This document shows, piece after piece, positions 62,271 through 64,000 of a stretch of DNA of 64,000 bases (the first letter of the stretch is position 1; each line of letters starts with the position of its first letter). The notes under the pieces were generated by a model, which searched no databases, had not been told where the DNA came from, and worked only from the letters and a program-made list of their open reading frames with translations. The translations under genes were made by a program, and so were the position numbers. The stretch comes from Spironucleus salmonicida (Eukaryota): assembly GCF_000497125.1 (NCBI RefSeq), contig NC_090603.1, positions 806,001 through 870,000 on the forward strand, given 5' to 3'.

Positions 62271-64000
62271 ATGTCTGACTAAGATTATGATAAAGACTTG
62301 TCATCTGCACGTTTTGCTGTATAATCTGTAGTTATTAATGATATTTTAAAAGATAAGGAGCCAATATCAACTTAATGTAAAAATTATTTATATATCTCTT
62401 CGAAAACTGCAAAACTAGTAATAAAACTGCAAATTGAGAATCTAGGAGAGGATAGATCTGCAAAATACGAAGAAATTATGTTAAATCATGAAATTTCTCA
62501 ATTTATTACTACTGAAGATAATGTATATTATGTGTCTGGAGAAACAATTTATGATCTTTCTAACTAAATAAACCTAGAATTTGATTAAATCTTCTGTATT
62601 GATACTATATAAATCGATGATACTAGAATAGTTGCTTTAGTGCAGAAGGATTATCACTATTATTGGCTAACAACAAATTTCGAAACAGTTAATGGTCCTG
62701 TATTATCCAATTTCGATATTATTAAAACCGTGTCATATATTTATTAATTATGTTTAATTACATAAAAAGATGAATAGGTATATCTGTATTAAGTAAAGTA
62801 ATTTGATTAGGTAGAGCTTATAGCGAGTATTGTATGTACTGGTATAATTATTGGCATAATAGATGAATATATATTTTTTAAACATACAGACACACTTGAA
62901 AAAATAAATATTTTAACATAAGATTCAGAATAATTCGAAACAAATGTATTTTCTGTAGAAATATTGCCAACTTTTCCTCATAAGACTGCTCCTTAATATA
63001 TTATTTTAAATAATGAGGATATTGTTATCTTAGATTAGAATTTTAGAACACTATAGTTAATAAATAACAATAATTTCATTCCACCTACGAGTACTGGTAT
63101 GGATAAACTTGTGTGCTCCTCCCCATAATTAGATCCTGATTTATTTATTTTTATTAAAAATACTGCTCATAGTTTGAACATTCCAATTCTTAATTCTGAA
63201 AGACTTAAATAAATAGCAATTAACATTAAAGGATGCTAAGAACCATAATTTCTTAATTAAGAAGGTAATCACTAATTTAAGTAAAAAGATTATTATTATA
63301 TTATGATTACTTGTGGATATGAATCTAATGGTGCTAGTATTCATTTCTTTAGCGTAAATGCACTTTCACGAAATGATAAAATTGGATATTAGTATCCATG
63401 GTCATCTTTAGACTCTAGAGCTCCTGAAAATGTTAAATTTAGGTTCAGTGAGGTAGTAAAAGTTTAAGCAGTACAAAATTACCCAGAAGAATCTGAGTAA
63501 GTATTTTACTTAAATTTAGATACTTAATAAAAAATATAGTCAACAAATAGTAGTCCACCTCATATGAACTAGAAAATTTAACTACCAGCCAAAATAGTTG
63601 AACTTGAATAAAATCATTAAAATTAAAAAATATAATAGTAATTAACAATTTCGTCTCCTAGACTTCAACCATCCAACGTACCATAAATAGAATTTCATGA
63701 TAGGAAACCGTCAATTCGAATTTCTACTCCAACTTTCAACGCATTTGCATAGGTTTCAAATTAATTAATAGCTTAAACTGAACAAATTATACCATTAAAT
63801 GAAATTAATATTTAAAACTCTATAGAATTTTGTGTAGTATTTGACGAAACAATAAACAAAAATTAAGTAGAATTTGCAGCAGATCTGTTTTTAGAGAGAA
63901 CAAAAATCCCTTATTGTTACTACAAGCTGATTAATAGCGCAGGAAAATAACTTTGCACAGCCGCCGATATTACGAGATTTTAAGATGTAAAACGTCAGCT
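62271..64000 (+). CDS. Hypothetical protein, partial (runs off the window)
   Basis: ATG at 62271; code-6 frame appears open to the window end (spot-checked). Confidence 0.6.

Noticed and set aside
1-64000. CRISPR arrays, rRNA/tRNA genes, spliceosomal introns, telomeric repeats
   Set aside because: No regularly spaced direct repeats, cloverleaf or rRNA-like tract recognised by eye, and no gene needed an intron. A tRNAscan/Infernal run would be needed to exclude small RNAs.

Overview
Gene-dense, intron-less, very AT-rich eukaryotic DNA that reads cleanly only with genetic code 6 (TAA/TAG = Gln, TGA the only stop). This code, plus tiny intergenic spacers and stops embedded in AGTGA, points to a hexamitid diplomonad (Spironucleus/Hexamita-like). 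The supplied standard-code ORF track is therefore fragmented and misleading. Re-translation by hand gives about 50 CDS, including PepD, NECAP, an M18 aminopeptidase, a mid-SUN protein, PITP, an ERCC1/FAAP24-like protein, IFRD, a PssA-type transferase, proteasome beta-3, MNS1-like, DHHC, RPB5, an LtaS-like sulfatase, an SPFH protein and TMEM18-like. The main structural signal is four GC-rich islands (about 50-73% GC in spot counts, against AT-rich flanks) that are exactly the arms of two near-identical inverted repeats: IR1 5584-10166 / 18090-22672 and IR2 24328-26193 / 36278-38143. Host genes run in frame across the arm edges and switch from GC-rich to AT-rich codons there. One paralog pair is nearly identical inside the arm but only about one-third identical, yet exactly colinear, outside it. 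This argues for old inverted duplications kept homogeneous by GC-biased gene conversion, possibly with invertible spacers, rather than for HGT or contamination. A third, fully diverged AT-rich head-to-head paralog pair (39404-50906) may be the end state of the same process.
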